From: an uncultured Rickettsiales bacterium
GTDB taxonomy: Bacteria > Pseudomonadota > Alphaproteobacteria > Rickettsiales > UBA8987
Length of the DNA stretch: 64,000 nt
Direction of reading: 5' to 3'
Assembly: GCA_964445765.1 (NCBI GenBank)
Contig: CAYULD010000003.1
Location: 76,571 to 140,570 of the forward strand
Positions 28,083 through 38,253 of the stretch are shown one piece after another; position 1 is the first letter of the stretch; every line of letters starts with the position of its first letter. Position numbers and translations under genes: made by a program. The notes under the pieces are model-generated. The model was given only the letters and a program-made list of their open reading frames with translations, was not told the origin of the DNA and did not search any database.

Positions 28083-28580
28083 TTACTTAAATTCCTCACC
28101 ATAATAAACACCCCATAGATTTTGAGTTTCAACATATCCGCTAACTTCTGAGGCTTCAACCTCACAAAAACCTTGCTTGCAATAATCTATAACAACTACA
28201 ACGCCATTTTGTAAAATTGCTTTTACTGAAGATTGAACAGAGGCAGAGCCAAATAATTTAGTATTATTATTTTTTATTATTGCTGTTCTTTTACCAGATA
28301 ATTGTGATTTATGAATCCAGCCCTCATCACCTTGAATATCTCTAATTTTTCGCCAATGCTCATATTCTTCAATTATTTCAAGTGGAATTTGCTTTCTAAC
28401 TAGCACCCATTTTATAGGATATCTTTTTCCGGGGCCAGAACGCACATTGGCTTCTTTAGAAGAAAGCGAGGCAAATCTTGGAATTGGAAGGCCAGTTGGT
28501 TTAATTTCTTCCGCAAGTGCATCGACTATATTAAAAGCAAAAAAAAGGCAGAGAAAAATTTTAACTAATTGTTTTTTCAT
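28083..28580 (-). CDS. Secreted SH3-like domain protein (DUF1058 type)
   Basis: Signal peptide, then LPIPRFASLSSKEANVRSGPGKRYPIKWV...WRKIRD..GDEGWIH. Confidence 0.75.
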   Translation of the reverse strand: MKKQLVKIFLCLFFAFNIVDALAEEIKPTGLPIPRFASLSSKEANVRSGPGKRYPIKWVLVRKQIPLEIIEEYEHWRKIRDIQGDEGWIHKSQLSGKRTAIIKNNNTKLFGSASVQSSVKAILQNGVVVVIDYCKQGFCEVEASEVSGYVETQNLWGVYYGEEFK

Positions 28581-28607
28581 AAAAATTATAGGTAAATATC
28601 AGAATTA

Positions 28608-30197
28608 CTATTTTGTGTAGGAAGAAATCTTATTATTAATATCTTCTAGAAGAATTTCATCAGAATTTTCTTTATCATAGTAATCTTTTGCTTTTTTCCA
28701 CTGATATAGTGCTTCTTTTCTACGACCTAACTTCCAATATAAATCACCTAAGTGAGAATTTATAACAGAATTATAAGGTAGGGCTAGTGATGCTTGCTCC
28801 AAAAATGGTAGTGCTTCAACATAATAGCCGAGCTTATATAAAGCCCAACCATAACTATCTAAAATATGAGGTGCCCCACCACTTTTTATAACTGCTGCTT
28901 CAAGCATAGCCCTTGCTTGCTTAATATTTTTATTTTTTACCAGCCAACTATATGCAAGATAATTTAGAACCTCTGGATTTTCAGGGTTAAGTTGAACAGA
29001 TTTTTTAAGATATGATTCAGCATTTTGCCAATCCCCTGTTTTATCATAAGCTATGCCAAGGTTAAAAAACAAATTCCAATGATCAGGAACTAAATTTTTA
29101 ATTTCCTTTTCTGCAATTTTATATTCTTTAATAGCTTGCTTATAGTTTTTCCTATTTAGATTTATACCACCTTTTGCAAAGGCAATTTGGAAGGTAAGCT
29201 CATTATTTGCGTTAAGATTTTTCAAAATTTCAAGGGCGTCTTCATCTTTTTGCAAATTATGCAAATTTATAGCTTTAGAAAATTGAGCATCTTTGTAATT
29301 GGGATCAGATTTTTCAACTTCATCATATACAATATTTGCTTCTTCAAGCCTGTTCATTGATTCAAAAATCATTGCAAGCAATTTTTTTAGCTTGTAAAGC
29401 TCAGGATCTAAATATCTAGCAAGACGAACATATATAACGGCTTCTTCAAGATTTTTGCTTTGTAATGAATATTGAGATAACTCAAAGAAAACTTCTGCAA
29501 TAAATTTTCTAGCTTTAATTTCAACTGGGTAATCTTTACCCTCAATAAGAATAGGCTTATTATTTGCTAAATCATTTATCATTGCCCTATTAAATGAAAA
29601 AACTGAAAGCATATATGTAACTGTTATGTTATCAATAACAGAAAAGGCATTTTTATAATCTTCATTAACCGCATAAGACCAAGCTAAAATTAATGGCAGA
29701 ACCACAGCATCAAGGTGGCTTTTATCTTCAACGGAAGGGCTAGTAATATCTTTTAGAAGCTGATAATTTTGCTTAGTGTTCTTTTCCTTAAAATTTTCTA
29801 ACGCAACAAGAAGATAAGGGATTGGTGATAATTTGCTTGGTTTTGTATTATTTTCTTTATCTAATTCAATATTTCTTTTTGCCTGAATAATAGCATTTTC
29901 GTAATCACCCTTAAAAAGATAAATTCCATATAATTTATTTAATATATCAATATTATCAGGGTCTTGCTCAATAGCTTTTTCATAGAATTTAACAGCGTTA
30001 CTAAAATCACCAGTTTTTTGTGCAACGGAAGCCGTAAGAAAATCTCCGTATGATGAAGATTTTACAGAGTTACTATCATCAACAATTTCAATAGAATCTT
30101 TTTTAATAACTATATTAGCAACATTAAATTTTCTAAGTAACTCAATGCCTATGATAAGCACTAAAAATAAAATAGTTAAATAAAAAATCTTTCTCAT
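28608..30197 (-). CDS. Tetratricopeptide-repeat protein with an N-terminal membrane anchor
   Basis: Multiple TPR-like A..YY..A motifs, N-terminal TM, 529 aa. Confidence 0.75.
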   Translation of the reverse strand: MRKIFYLTILFLVLIIGIELLRKFNVANIVIKKDSIEIVDDSNSVKSSSYGDFLTASVAQKTGDFSNAVKFYEKAIEQDPDNIDILNKLYGIYLFKGDYENAIIQAKRNIELDKENNTKPSKLSPIPYLLVALENFKEKNTKQNYQLLKDITSPSVEDKSHLDAVVLPLILAWSYAVNEDYKNAFSVIDNITVTYMLSVFSFNRAMINDLANNKPILIEGKDYPVEIKARKFIAEVFFELSQYSLQSKNLEEAVIYVRLARYLDPELYKLKKLLAMIFESMNRLEEANIVYDEVEKSDPNYKDAQFSKAINLHNLQKDEDALEILKNLNANNELTFQIAFAKGGINLNRKNYKQAIKEYKIAEKEIKNLVPDHWNLFFNLGIAYDKTGDWQNAESYLKKSVQLNPENPEVLNYLAYSWLVKNKNIKQARAMLEAAVIKSGGAPHILDSYGWALYKLGYYVEALPFLEQASLALPYNSVINSHLGDLYWKLGRRKEALYQWKKAKDYYDKENSDEILLEDINNKISSYTK

Positions 30198-30199
30198 TT

Positions 30200-31081
30200 T
30201 TAGATGGTTTTAATTTTGTTCTTTATTTTGGAAAATGATTCAATCGCAAAATAAATATATATTATGTGAGTAATAAAATAAACTAAATTTGTGTAGTTAA
30301 AAATTTTTACTCCAGCCCCATAAGTTACACATTCAAATATAACAATTGGTGTTAATGTAAAGGCAGAAATTTTTAAGCATAATTTATATTCAAAAATATA
30401 GTTTTTTATCAAGATGCTAAGCATAGCACCAACTATAAAACTATATAATATTGTGCTGATTAAAAACTTCACTAAAAACCATATAAAGCAAAAAAATAAT
30501 ATTACATAAAAAGGGGTGTTAATGATTGATAAAAAATCAAAGTAAAATTTATCAATTCTAAATAATTTTTCATTTTCGTTTTTATTATCAAAATATTTTT
30601 CAAATGAATTAAAAACCTCATTTGCAGGCAGGGAAGTTTGAATATTATTTATTTCATCATTAAAAATTAATTCATTATCTTTCAAAATAACGGGGCTATT
30701 ATTATAGTCTGATTTTGTTAATTTTCTTTCAGTATCAATTATCGCAAGTATTTCATTGCTATGATTTTTAATAATAGTTGGCTCAAAATTATCAGAGTAA
30801 AACTGATTATTCTTATATATAATTTCTGGAGATTGGCTTTTTATAAATTCAATTTCTTTGTCTATAATTTCATTATTAATTGAAGAAAAAATTGGCAATT
30901 CTGATGAAATAATTTGGTTTAAGGTTTTTTTAGCATTCAAAGAAACCGGAATTGCAACAAGCATTGCAAGTATTAATAAATATTTGAAATAGGAAACTTT
31001 TCTTGCAAAAAATAAATTAAAATAAAATTCTCTACAATATAGGCTTTTATAGAGTGATTTTAAGTAAAAAATTTTATTCAT
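30200..31081 (-). CDS. Polytopic membrane protein, unknown
   Basis: 293 aa with several hydrophobic helices. Its start overlaps the kdsB stop by 4 nt. Confidence 0.55.
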   Translation of the reverse strand: MNKIFYLKSLYKSLYCREFYFNLFFARKVSYFKYLLILAMLVAIPVSLNAKKTLNQIISSELPIFSSINNEIIDKEIEFIKSQSPEIIYKNNQFYSDNFEPTIIKNHSNEILAIIDTERKLTKSDYNNSPVILKDNELIFNDEINNIQTSLPANEVFNSFEKYFDNKNENEKLFRIDKFYFDFLSIINTPFYVILFFCFIWFLVKFLISTILYSFIVGAMLSILIKNYIFEYKLCLKISAFTLTPIVIFECVTYGAGVKIFNYTNLVYFITHIIYIYFAIESFSKIKNKIKTI

Positions 31082-31833
31082 AAATTTTGGTAAAATTTTC
31101 TAGCTTTTTCTAAATCTTCAGGCGTATCAACACCAAGTGGCACTTCATTTGTTTCAATCACGCCAATAGATAAATTATTTTCTAAAGCTCTTAATTGTTC
31201 AAGTTTTTCTCGCTTCTCAAGTTCACTAGCTGGTAAATTTACAAATTTTTCTAGAGCTGAAATTTTATAAGCATAGATGCCAATGTGATGCCATAAATCC
31301 CCCTCACCATAAGGTGCGGTAGCCCTAGTAAAATATAAGGTTTTACCAATTTTTATATCATCAGATTTATTTTGATTTTGCCAGCTAACAATCGCTTTTA
31401 CAACATTCGGGTTCGTTTTTTCTTCATCAATATTAATTTTTGCAACGGCAGTTACAATATCAAAATTAAATTCTTTATTTGAAATTGCTTTGATGCATAA
31501 ATTTATAATATCAGGTGAAATTGTTGGCAAATCACCCTGTAAATTGATTACATATTCAAATTTATTTAGTAAGTTGAGCCTTTTTAAGCCTTGATAAATT
31601 CTATCAGTTCCAGATGCAAGCCCTGCATCGGTTATTACCGCTAAACCATTGTTTTTAATAATTACTTCGGTAATTTCAGGTTCTGCCGCGGCAACAAAAA
31701 TATCTTTAATGCTGGTTTTTTTAGCTTGCTCATAAACTCGTAAAATCATTGGTTTTCCTTGAATGTCAGCAAGTGGTTTATTCGGAAGCCTTGTTGAGCC
31801 AAGCCTTGAGGGTATTGCAATAACTACAGACAT
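31078..31833 (-). CDS. kdsB: 3-deoxy-manno-octulosonate cytidylyltransferase
   Basis: IAIPSRLGSTRLPNKPLADIQGKPMI, 251 aa. Confidence 0.92.
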   Translation of the reverse strand: MSVVIAIPSRLGSTRLPNKPLADIQGKPMILRVYEQAKKTSIKDIFVAAAEPEITEVIIKNNGLAVITDAGLASGTDRIYQGLKRLNLLNKFEYVINLQGDLPTISPDIINLCIKAISNKEFNFDIVTAVAKINIDEEKTNPNVVKAIVSWQNQNKSDDIKIGKTLYFTRATAPYGEGDLWHHIGIYAYKISALEKFVNLPASELEKREKLEQLRALENNLSIGVIETNEVPLGVDTPEDLEKARKFYQNL

Positions 31834-31913
31834 ATAAAATTAGAAATTTAGTTGTTGCTTTATAAAATATTTTTTGTATAAGGCAAATTCTTTGAAATTA
31901 AAGGCTTAAAATT

Positions 31914-32228
31914 ATGAAAGCAGGCATACACCCAGATTATCATCAAATCACAGTTAGAAGAACTGATGGTTCTGAATTTGTAACTTTTTCTACTTATGGT
32001 AAAGAAGGCGATGTTCTTCAGTTAGATGTTGATACATTAAACCACAACGCTTGGGTTGGTGGTAAAACTAAAGTTAACGAAAAAGCGGGCAATGTTGCTA
32101 AATTCAACCAAAGATTTGGTGCAGTTAATTTCTCAGCATCTGCTGGTAAGGTTGATGCTTCAACGCTTGCAGAAAAGCCTAAGAAAGCTGATGCATCTAA
32201 AGATGTAGCAAAGAAAAAGAAAAAATAA
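31914..32228 (+). CDS. rpmE: 50S ribosomal protein L31 with a Lys/Ala-rich C-terminal tail
   Basis: MKAGIHPDYHQITV..., FNQRFG, 104 aa. Confidence 0.92.
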   Translation: MKAGIHPDYHQITVRRTDGSEFVTFSTYGKEGDVLQLDVDTLNHNAWVGGKTKVNEKAGNVAKFNQRFGAVNFSASAGKVDASTLAEKPKKADASKDVAKKKKK

Positions 32229-32260
32229 CAATAGAACTTTCTTAGATTATCAAATTTCAA

Positions 32261-32284
32261 AGCCAGCTTTGCTGGCTTTTTTTG
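32261..32284 (+). terminator. Rho-independent terminator of rpmE
   Basis: gccagc-ttt-gctggc followed by seven T. Confidence 0.85.
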
Positions 32285-32286
32285 TT

Positions 32287-32356
32287 GTGTATTAGGTTTT
32301 TGGTATTAACAAAGTTTTTTAATACCAACACCTAAACCCTAGAACCTAGCCCCTAG
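32287..32356. repeat. Hairpin repeat with heptamer-periodic arms, family C
   Basis: The stem is ggtattaa/ttaatacc. The right arm cacctaaaccctagaacctagcccctag has 7-nt periodicity and resembles the copies at 53153 and 60251. Confidence 0.65.
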
Positions 32357-32368
32357 AAAATATTTATA

Positions 32369-32803
32369 ATGAAAAAAGTTGAAATATATACAGATGGTGC
32401 TTGCTCAGGTAACCCCGGAAAAGGTGGTTGGGGGGCGGTGCTTTTATATAATTCTGCACAAAAAGAAATTTCAGGCTTTGAGTCGCAAACTACAAATAAT
32501 AGAATGGAGCTTAAAGCACCAATTGAAGCCTTGAAAATCTTAAAAGAAAAATGTGAAGTTAATATTTATACTGATAGTAGATATGTTCAAGAAGGTATGA
32601 CAAAATGGATTTATTCTTGGCAAAAAAATGGCTGGAGAAATTCAAACAAAGAAGAAATAAAAAACTCTGATTTATGGCTTGAGCTGCTTGAATTATCTAA
32701 AAAGCACGAGGTTAAATGGCACTGGGTTAAAGGGCATTCAAGTAACATCTTAAATAATCAAGCAGATAAACTAGCAAGGCAAGCTATAGAAAATAATAGA
32801 TAA
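32369..32803 (+). CDS. rnhA: Ribonuclease HI
   Basis: IYTDGACSGNPGKGGWGAVL, NNRMEL, 144 aa. Confidence 0.93.
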   Translation: MKKVEIYTDGACSGNPGKGGWGAVLLYNSAQKEISGFESQTTNNRMELKAPIEALKILKEKCEVNIYTDSRYVQEGMTKWIYSWQKNGWRNSNKEEIKNSDLWLELLELSKKHEVKWHWVKGHSSNILNNQADKLARQAIENNR

Positions 32804-32851
32804 ACAAAAGTTTTAGTGTAAATAGGTTTTATCAATAATATTTTATTTTCA

Positions 32852-33790
32852 ATGGAAAAACCAATCTGGCAGTGGGTGATATTTGGGGTGATAGTTCTAA
32901 CCCTATTAATATTAGATTTAGGAGTTTTTAATAAAAAAGATAAAGAATTTTCTTTTAAGGAAAGTGCTATTTTTAGTGCTTTTTATGTTATTATAGCCTG
33001 TTTGTTTGGTTTATATATTTACTATAATCTTGGTTATGAAAGCTCAGCGTTATATTTTACAGGCTATATAATTGAAAAAACCTTATCTTTGGATAATGTT
33101 TTTGTAATTTCTATAATTTTTACATATTTTGCAATACCTAGAATTTATCAGCATAGAGTTTTATTTTGGGGTATAGTTGGCGTTCTAATTTTAAGGGCAA
33201 TTTTAATTGCAGTTGGTGCAACTCTCATTTCTCATTTTCATTGGGTATTATATATATTTGCGGTTTTCTTGATTTTTACAGGGTTCAAAATGTTTTTTGG
33301 AAATGATGAAGAAATTGATCTTGAAAAGAATAAAATTTTAATTTTTTTGAGAAAAAACTTCAAGATTACTAAAGAAATTCAAGGTAATAAATTTTTTGTA
33401 AGAATTTTAGAAAATGGCAAAAAAGCTACTTATATGACACCACTTTTTGTTGCCTTATTAGTAGTTGAATTTGTAGATTTAGTTTTTGCTCTTGATAGCA
33501 TTCCTGCGATTTTTGCTATAACCACTGACCCATATATAGTTTATACTAGCAATATTTTTGCGGTGCTTGGCTTAAGGGCTTTATATTTTTTCTTAGCGGA
33601 AATGGTTCATAGATTTATTTACTTAAAACCTGCACTTGCCATAGTTTTAATATTTATTGGCTCTAAAATTTTTATAAGTGATTTCATTTTAGGCGGAGAA
33701 AAATTCCCAATAAATATTTCAATCTTAATTACAACCGGCATTATTAGTGCAGGGGTTATTTATTCATTAATCAAAACTAAAAATAAGTAA
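32852..33790 (+). CDS. TerC-family integral membrane protein
   Basis: EKTLSLDNVFVI and FALDSIPAIFAIT motifs, 312 aa. Confidence 0.85.
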   Translation: MEKPIWQWVIFGVIVLTLLILDLGVFNKKDKEFSFKESAIFSAFYVIIACLFGLYIYYNLGYESSALYFTGYIIEKTLSLDNVFVISIIFTYFAIPRIYQHRVLFWGIVGVLILRAILIAVGATLISHFHWVLYIFAVFLIFTGFKMFFGNDEEIDLEKNKILIFLRKNFKITKEIQGNKFFVRILENGKKATYMTPLFVALLVVEFVDLVFALDSIPAIFAITTDPYIVYTSNIFAVLGLRALYFFLAEMVHRFIYLKPALAIVLIFIGSKIFISDFILGGEKFPINISILITTGIISAGVIYSLIKTKNK

Positions 33791-33856
33791 AATCTCTTGA
33801 AGGGTTAAAAGTTTAATGTATAAGCCGAAAATAACTTAATTAATTTTAATATTTAT

Positions 33857-34279
33857 ATGGCTATTGAAAGAACATTATCAATTCTAAAACCTGATGCAAC
33901 TAGAAGAAATTTAACTGGCAGAATTAATGCTAGATTTGAAGAAAGTGGTCTTAGAATCGTTGCACAAAGAAGGGTTAGGCTTAGCAGACTACAAGCTAGA
34001 AATTTCTATATAATGCATAAAGATAGGCCTTTTTATGATGAGCTTGTTGAGTTTATGGTTTCTGAGCCAGTTGTTATTCAAGTTTTAGAAGGTGAAAATG
34101 CAGTTGCTAGAAATCGTGAAATTATGGGTGCAACAGACCCAAGCAAAGCGGCTGCTGGCACAATTAGAAAAGACTTTGCACTTAGTATCGGTGAAAATTC
34201 AGTTCATGGCTCTGATAGCTTAGAATCTGCGGAAAGAGAAATCAGATTCTTTTTTGCTGATATTGATATTGTTGGATAA
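33857..34279 (+). CDS. ndk: Nucleoside diphosphate kinase
   Basis: [19 protein letters not shown], 140 aa. Confidence 0.95.
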   Translation: MAIERTLSILKPDATRRNLTGRINARFEESGLRIVAQRRVRLSRLQARNFYIMHKDRPFYDELVEFMVSEPVVIQVLEGENAVARNREIMGATDPSKAAAGTIRKDFALSIGENSVHGSDSLESAEREIRFFFADIDIVG

Positions 34280-34284
34280 TTTTT

Positions 34285-34851
34285 GTGCAAGGGAATAAGA
34301 TACAGCTTCGTAAAAAATATCGTGAAGCTAGAAATTTATTACCTGAAAACAAAAGAAAATTATTAAGTAGAGAAATTTGTAGAAATTTTTTTGCAAATAT
34401 TAAAGTTCCAAGAAATTCTGTTATAGCTGGCTATATTGCCTCTGAAAGTGAGGTTGATATTTCATTGCTTCTTGATTTATTTGCTGAAGAAAACCACAAA
34501 ATTTGTATGCCTTGCGTTTTAGCAGAAAATAAACCTATGGTTTTTAGGGAATATAAAAAGGGCGTAAATCTTATAAAAAATAAGAAATATAATTTTCTTG
34601 AATTACCTGAAAATCTTCCAGAAATACAGCCTTATTTGATAATAACTCCTTTAGTTGCATTTGATACTGCAAAAAATAGAATAGGGCAAGGTGGTGGCTT
34701 TTATGATAGAACTTTTGAGATGCTACAAGATTATGCAGAGTTCTTAGCGATAGGGGTTGCTTTTGAATGTCAAAAAGCACCTTTCATAATTTCCGAAAAT
34801 AAAGATTATAAACTAGATGCAATAGTTACAGAAAAACAAGTTTATATTTAA
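34285..34851 (+). CDS. 5-formyltetrahydrofolate cyclo-ligase
   Basis: LRKKYREARNLL start, GQGGGFYDR motif, GTG start. Confidence 0.82.
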   Translation: MQGNKIQLRKKYREARNLLPENKRKLLSREICRNFFANIKVPRNSVIAGYIASESEVDISLLLDLFAEENHKICMPCVLAENKPMVFREYKKGVNLIKNKKYNFLELPENLPEIQPYLIITPLVAFDTAKNRIGQGGGFYDRTFEMLQDYAEFLAIGVAFECQKAPFIISENKDYKLDAIVTEKQVYI

Positions 34852-34869
34852 CATTGTCTATAGCTACAA

Positions 34870-35304
34870 ATGAAAGCCTATAACACATTAATTAAATTAT
34901 CTAAGCAACAGCTTGATGAAAAAAGGCGAGAGCTAACAAATTTACTAGATAAAAAAGAAGAATATTTACTAAAAATTAAAAATTTAGAAAATGAATTAAG
35001 GGAAGAATTTAAGAGGATTTCAAACAACAGCAATCTAGATATTGAAATTAAAAGCCAATTTATGAATTATGCAAATGGGGTATTAAATAAGCAAAATGAT
35101 TTAATGAATTTGGCTGAAAAATTAAACCCTGAAATTAACAAACTTAATGATGAAATATTTATTATTTTTGGTGAAATGAAAAAAATTGAAATTTTTAGAG
35201 ATATTAAAATTGAAGAAGAAGAGAAACTATTTCAGAAAAAAAACCAACTTGAATTAGATGAAGTTGCGATAAATAATTTTATTCGTAACCAGAAATTTTT
35301 TTAA
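34870..35304 (+). CDS. Coiled-coil protein, possibly flagellar export protein FliJ
   Basis: 144 aa, all-helical Lys/Glu-rich, with a C-terminal ...E.K....E.LELDE.A pattern reminiscent of FliJ. Not adjacent to fliI. Confidence 0.4.
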   Translation: MKAYNTLIKLSKQQLDEKRRELTNLLDKKEEYLLKIKNLENELREEFKRISNNSNLDIEIKSQFMNYANGVLNKQNDLMNLAEKLNPEINKLNDEIFIIFGEMKKIEIFRDIKIEEEEKLFQKKNQLELDEVAINNFIRNQKFF

Positions 35305-36238
35305 CAGAATGAACTCTATAGGGCGTGGTATCAGCACTTTTGTAATATGTTCTCATTAAAAGTTCCGCAATAAAACCAGTTGTGATAAGTTGCACGCCAG
35401 CAATTAATAGCAATATACCTATAAAGAATAATGGCCTACCACCAATATCTTCACCTAAAATTTTTAAGATAAGCAAATAAAATTCTATCAAAGAGCCAAA
35501 TCCTAGAGAAACCAAGCCTAATGAGCCAAAGAGATGCATTGGTTTTTGGCGGTATTTTATAAAAAAGCCCATCAATAATAAATCACTAGCAACCCTTAAT
35601 GTTCTTGATAAACCATATTTAGAAACGCCAAATTTTCTTGGGTGGTGTTTTACATCAACTTGTGCAATTTTAGCACCTTTTAGGCTTGCGAGAATTGGAA
35701 TGAATCTGTGTAATTCGCCATATAAATCTAAAGATTTCGCAAGCTCTGTTTTCATAACTTTTAGAGTACAACCATAGTCAGAAACTTCAATTTTGCTAAT
35801 GCCATAAATTAATCTATTAGCAATTTTACTTGGTATTTTTCTCAAAATAAGGCCATCTTTCCTTTTTGCTCTTTTGCCAGCAACCATATCCAAATCTTCA
35901 TTCTTAAGTTTTTCTAGCATTAATGGAATATCTGTGGGATCATTTTGTAAATCCCCATCAAGAAAGGCTAAATACTCACCTTCTGCGTATTCTATGCCTG
36001 CTGCCATTGCTGAGGTCTGTCCAAAATTTCTAGTAAATTTAACTAATTTTATGTTACCTTCTTTAAGGTTGTTGATTTTTTCAATGGAAGAATCTTGGGA
36101 GCCATCATCAACAAAAACTATCTCATATTTAAGATTTTTTATGGCGTTTTTAATTGCTTCAACCAGCGGAAATAAATTATCTTCCTCATTATAAATTGGT
36201 ATCACAATTGAAAGATCTATTTTAGAAGAAAAACTCAT
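35279..36238 (-). CDS. GT2 polyprenyl-phosphate glycosyltransferase (GtrB/ArnC/DPM1-like)
   Basis: LSIVIPIYNEEDNL, VDDGSQD, DGDLQNDP, two C-terminal TM helices. Confidence 0.85.
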   Translation of the reverse strand: MSFSSKIDLSIVIPIYNEEDNLFPLVEAIKNAIKNLKYEIVFVDDGSQDSSIEKINNLKEGNIKLVKFTRNFGQTSAMAAGIEYAEGEYLAFLDGDLQNDPTDIPLMLEKLKNEDLDMVAGKRAKRKDGLILRKIPSKIANRLIYGISKIEVSDYGCTLKVMKTELAKSLDLYGELHRFIPILASLKGAKIAQVDVKHHPRKFGVSKYGLSRTLRVASDLLLMGFFIKYRQKPMHLFGSLGLVSLGFGSLIEFYLLILKILGEDIGGRPLFFIGILLLIAGVQLITTGFIAELLMRTYYKSADTTPYRVHSVKKISGYE

Positions 36239-36240
36239 TT

Positions 36241-38253
36241 TTAGAATTTATATTTAACCTGAAGTAAAGCCATTCTTGGAATTTCTGAGGCAGTTGAATA
36301 AATGATTTCATCAAATTCTTGATGGTTATCATCAAATAAATTTTGCCCAGTAAGTGAAATTTCAATATCCTCAGTTGGTGAATACATAAAGCTAGTATCA
36401 AACCTTGTAAAGCTCTCAACAAATCTTTTTCCACCCGTTCCTGTAAAATAGATAATGTCATCATAAAAATATAATGCATTATTCATTGAAAGTTTATCGT
36501 TAAAATTATAATTTGAAATTAAATTATACTGAAAAGTTGGGCTTCTATTTTCATCTCTAGCAAGCCCTGTATCTGTGCTTCCTATGTGGGTATGAAAATT
36601 TTGCTTTATGAAAGAATAACCAAATTTCATATCCCAATTTTGTTTAATTCCCCAAATTGCGAAGGAATCAAAACCATAAGTTTCGCCAAAACCATTATTA
36701 TTTACTCTTAAAATCTGAGTAGGGCCAGAAAACCTATTAAAATCTATGGTTCTAAGGTCGCTATAATCATTGTAAAAGAAACTAGTTTCAAAATATACAT
36801 CCTTTCTAACATTACTTCTAAAGCCCATTTCATAAGCGTTTAGATTTTCTGATTCGTAGTTAGAGTTTCCTTCAATAAATGCAGCACCATATGGTAAGCC
36901 AGCAGGAGCAAATAATTGAAAGCTATTTTCCCCTCTAGATGGTAATCTTACAGCTCTAGAAATTGCCCCCCAAACTGTATGATCATCATTAATATGATAT
37001 AATAGCCTTGCATTTGGTTGAATTTCAAAATTAGTGAAGTCATTATAATCAAATTTTGAACCTAGAATTAAAAATAACTTTTCATCTATGAGTGCAATTT
37101 TATCTTGAAAAAATGTATTAAAAATATTGAAGTTAGTGCTTTCAGGTCTGTAAGCTAAGTGTGCAGTATTACCTAAATTGTCATTTATTACTCTATTGCC
37201 AATGCCTGAGGTAATATTATGCCTGCCAACATTATATTCAAACTGCCAATCAAAATCATAAGTTATTATTTCTTGCTCTAGAATTGGAAGAATATCTCTA
37301 TAAGCATAGTCAACATAGGTTTGAAGTGTTGATTGAACTTCGCCAATTGGAATATTCCATTTAAGCATTACATTACCACCTGAAAAATCTTCCCCCAAAT
37401 CCACATTTGAAATGAAGGGTGATGATGAGGTTGGCATTTGCAAATCAAGGCTTCTTCTACCTGTATAAAAATCCCCTTGTAATGAGTATTTACCATATAC
37501 AGATTCCATTCTAAAACCTGCTTGGCTTTTATTCCAATTATCATCATTGCTTCTTTCAACGCCAACTCTTTTGAAATCTGAAAATTCTTTATGGTTGGCA
37601 TAAATTCTGTAATAATCAAAATCTTCTGTTCTGAATGAATTTCTAGTTTCTATAGCATTTTCGTGAGTTCCTATGGTCGTTTTAGCGTGAGATGTTTGGG
37701 TTTTTCTAGCCTCTTTAGTAATAATATTAATTACACCATTAACTGCATTTGGCCCCCATAATGTTCCACCCGGCCCCCTTATTACTTCTATTCTATCTAT
37801 ATCATCTATTGGATAGTCTTGAATATCCCAATAAACCCCAGAAAATAAAGGGGTATATAAAGTTCTGCCATCAATTAATACTAATAATTTGTTTGAAAAC
37901 TGCCTATTAAAACCCCTTATTGAAATAGCCCAACTATTTGCGGTTGTTCTTGAAACTTGAACACCCGGAACCATTCTAAGAGCTTCTGGAATTGATGTGA
38001 TGCCAGCTTTTTTAATATCTTTTGATTTTAATACATAAACTGAGCCTGCAACTTCTTTAACTTTTTCTGGGCGTTTAGAGCTTGAATAAATATCTAGTTG
38101 ATCATATTCTTCTGCTGACATATTAAGATATTTATCAATCTCTTCTTGCGTTACTGAGGAGAAATCAAAGTTTTCCTCATTACCGTATGCATAAGCTATG
38201 GTAGCTAATTGCATAATCAAAGCTAAAGTGATAATTGCAAATTTATTTTTCAT
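36241..38253 (-). CDS. TonB-dependent outer membrane receptor
   Basis: Start chosen at MKNKFAIITLALIMQLATIAYA (signal peptide). Plug motifs IEVIRGPGGTLWGPNAVNGVINIITK. Terminal ...VKYKF. Confidence 0.88.
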   Translation of the reverse strand: MKNKFAIITLALIMQLATIAYAYGNEENFDFSSVTQEEIDKYLNMSAEEYDQLDIYSSSKRPEKVKEVAGSVYVLKSKDIKKAGITSIPEALRMVPGVQVSRTTANSWAISIRGFNRQFSNKLLVLIDGRTLYTPLFSGVYWDIQDYPIDDIDRIEVIRGPGGTLWGPNAVNGVINIITKEARKTQTSHAKTTIGTHENAIETRNSFRTEDFDYYRIYANHKEFSDFKRVGVERSNDDNWNKSQAGFRMESVYGKYSLQGDFYTGRRSLDLQMPTSSSPFISNVDLGEDFSGGNVMLKWNIPIGEVQSTLQTYVDYAYRDILPILEQEIITYDFDWQFEYNVGRHNITSGIGNRVINDNLGNTAHLAYRPESTNFNIFNTFFQDKIALIDEKLFLILGSKFDYNDFTNFEIQPNARLLYHINDDHTVWGAISRAVRLPSRGENSFQLFAPAGLPYGAAFIEGNSNYESENLNAYEMGFRSNVRKDVYFETSFFYNDYSDLRTIDFNRFSGPTQILRVNNNGFGETYGFDSFAIWGIKQNWDMKFGYSFIKQNFHTHIGSTDTGLARDENRSPTFQYNLISNYNFNDKLSMNNALYFYDDIIYFTGTGGKRFVESFTRFDTSFMYSPTEDIEISLTGQNLFDDNHQEFDEIIYSTASEIPRMALLQVKYKF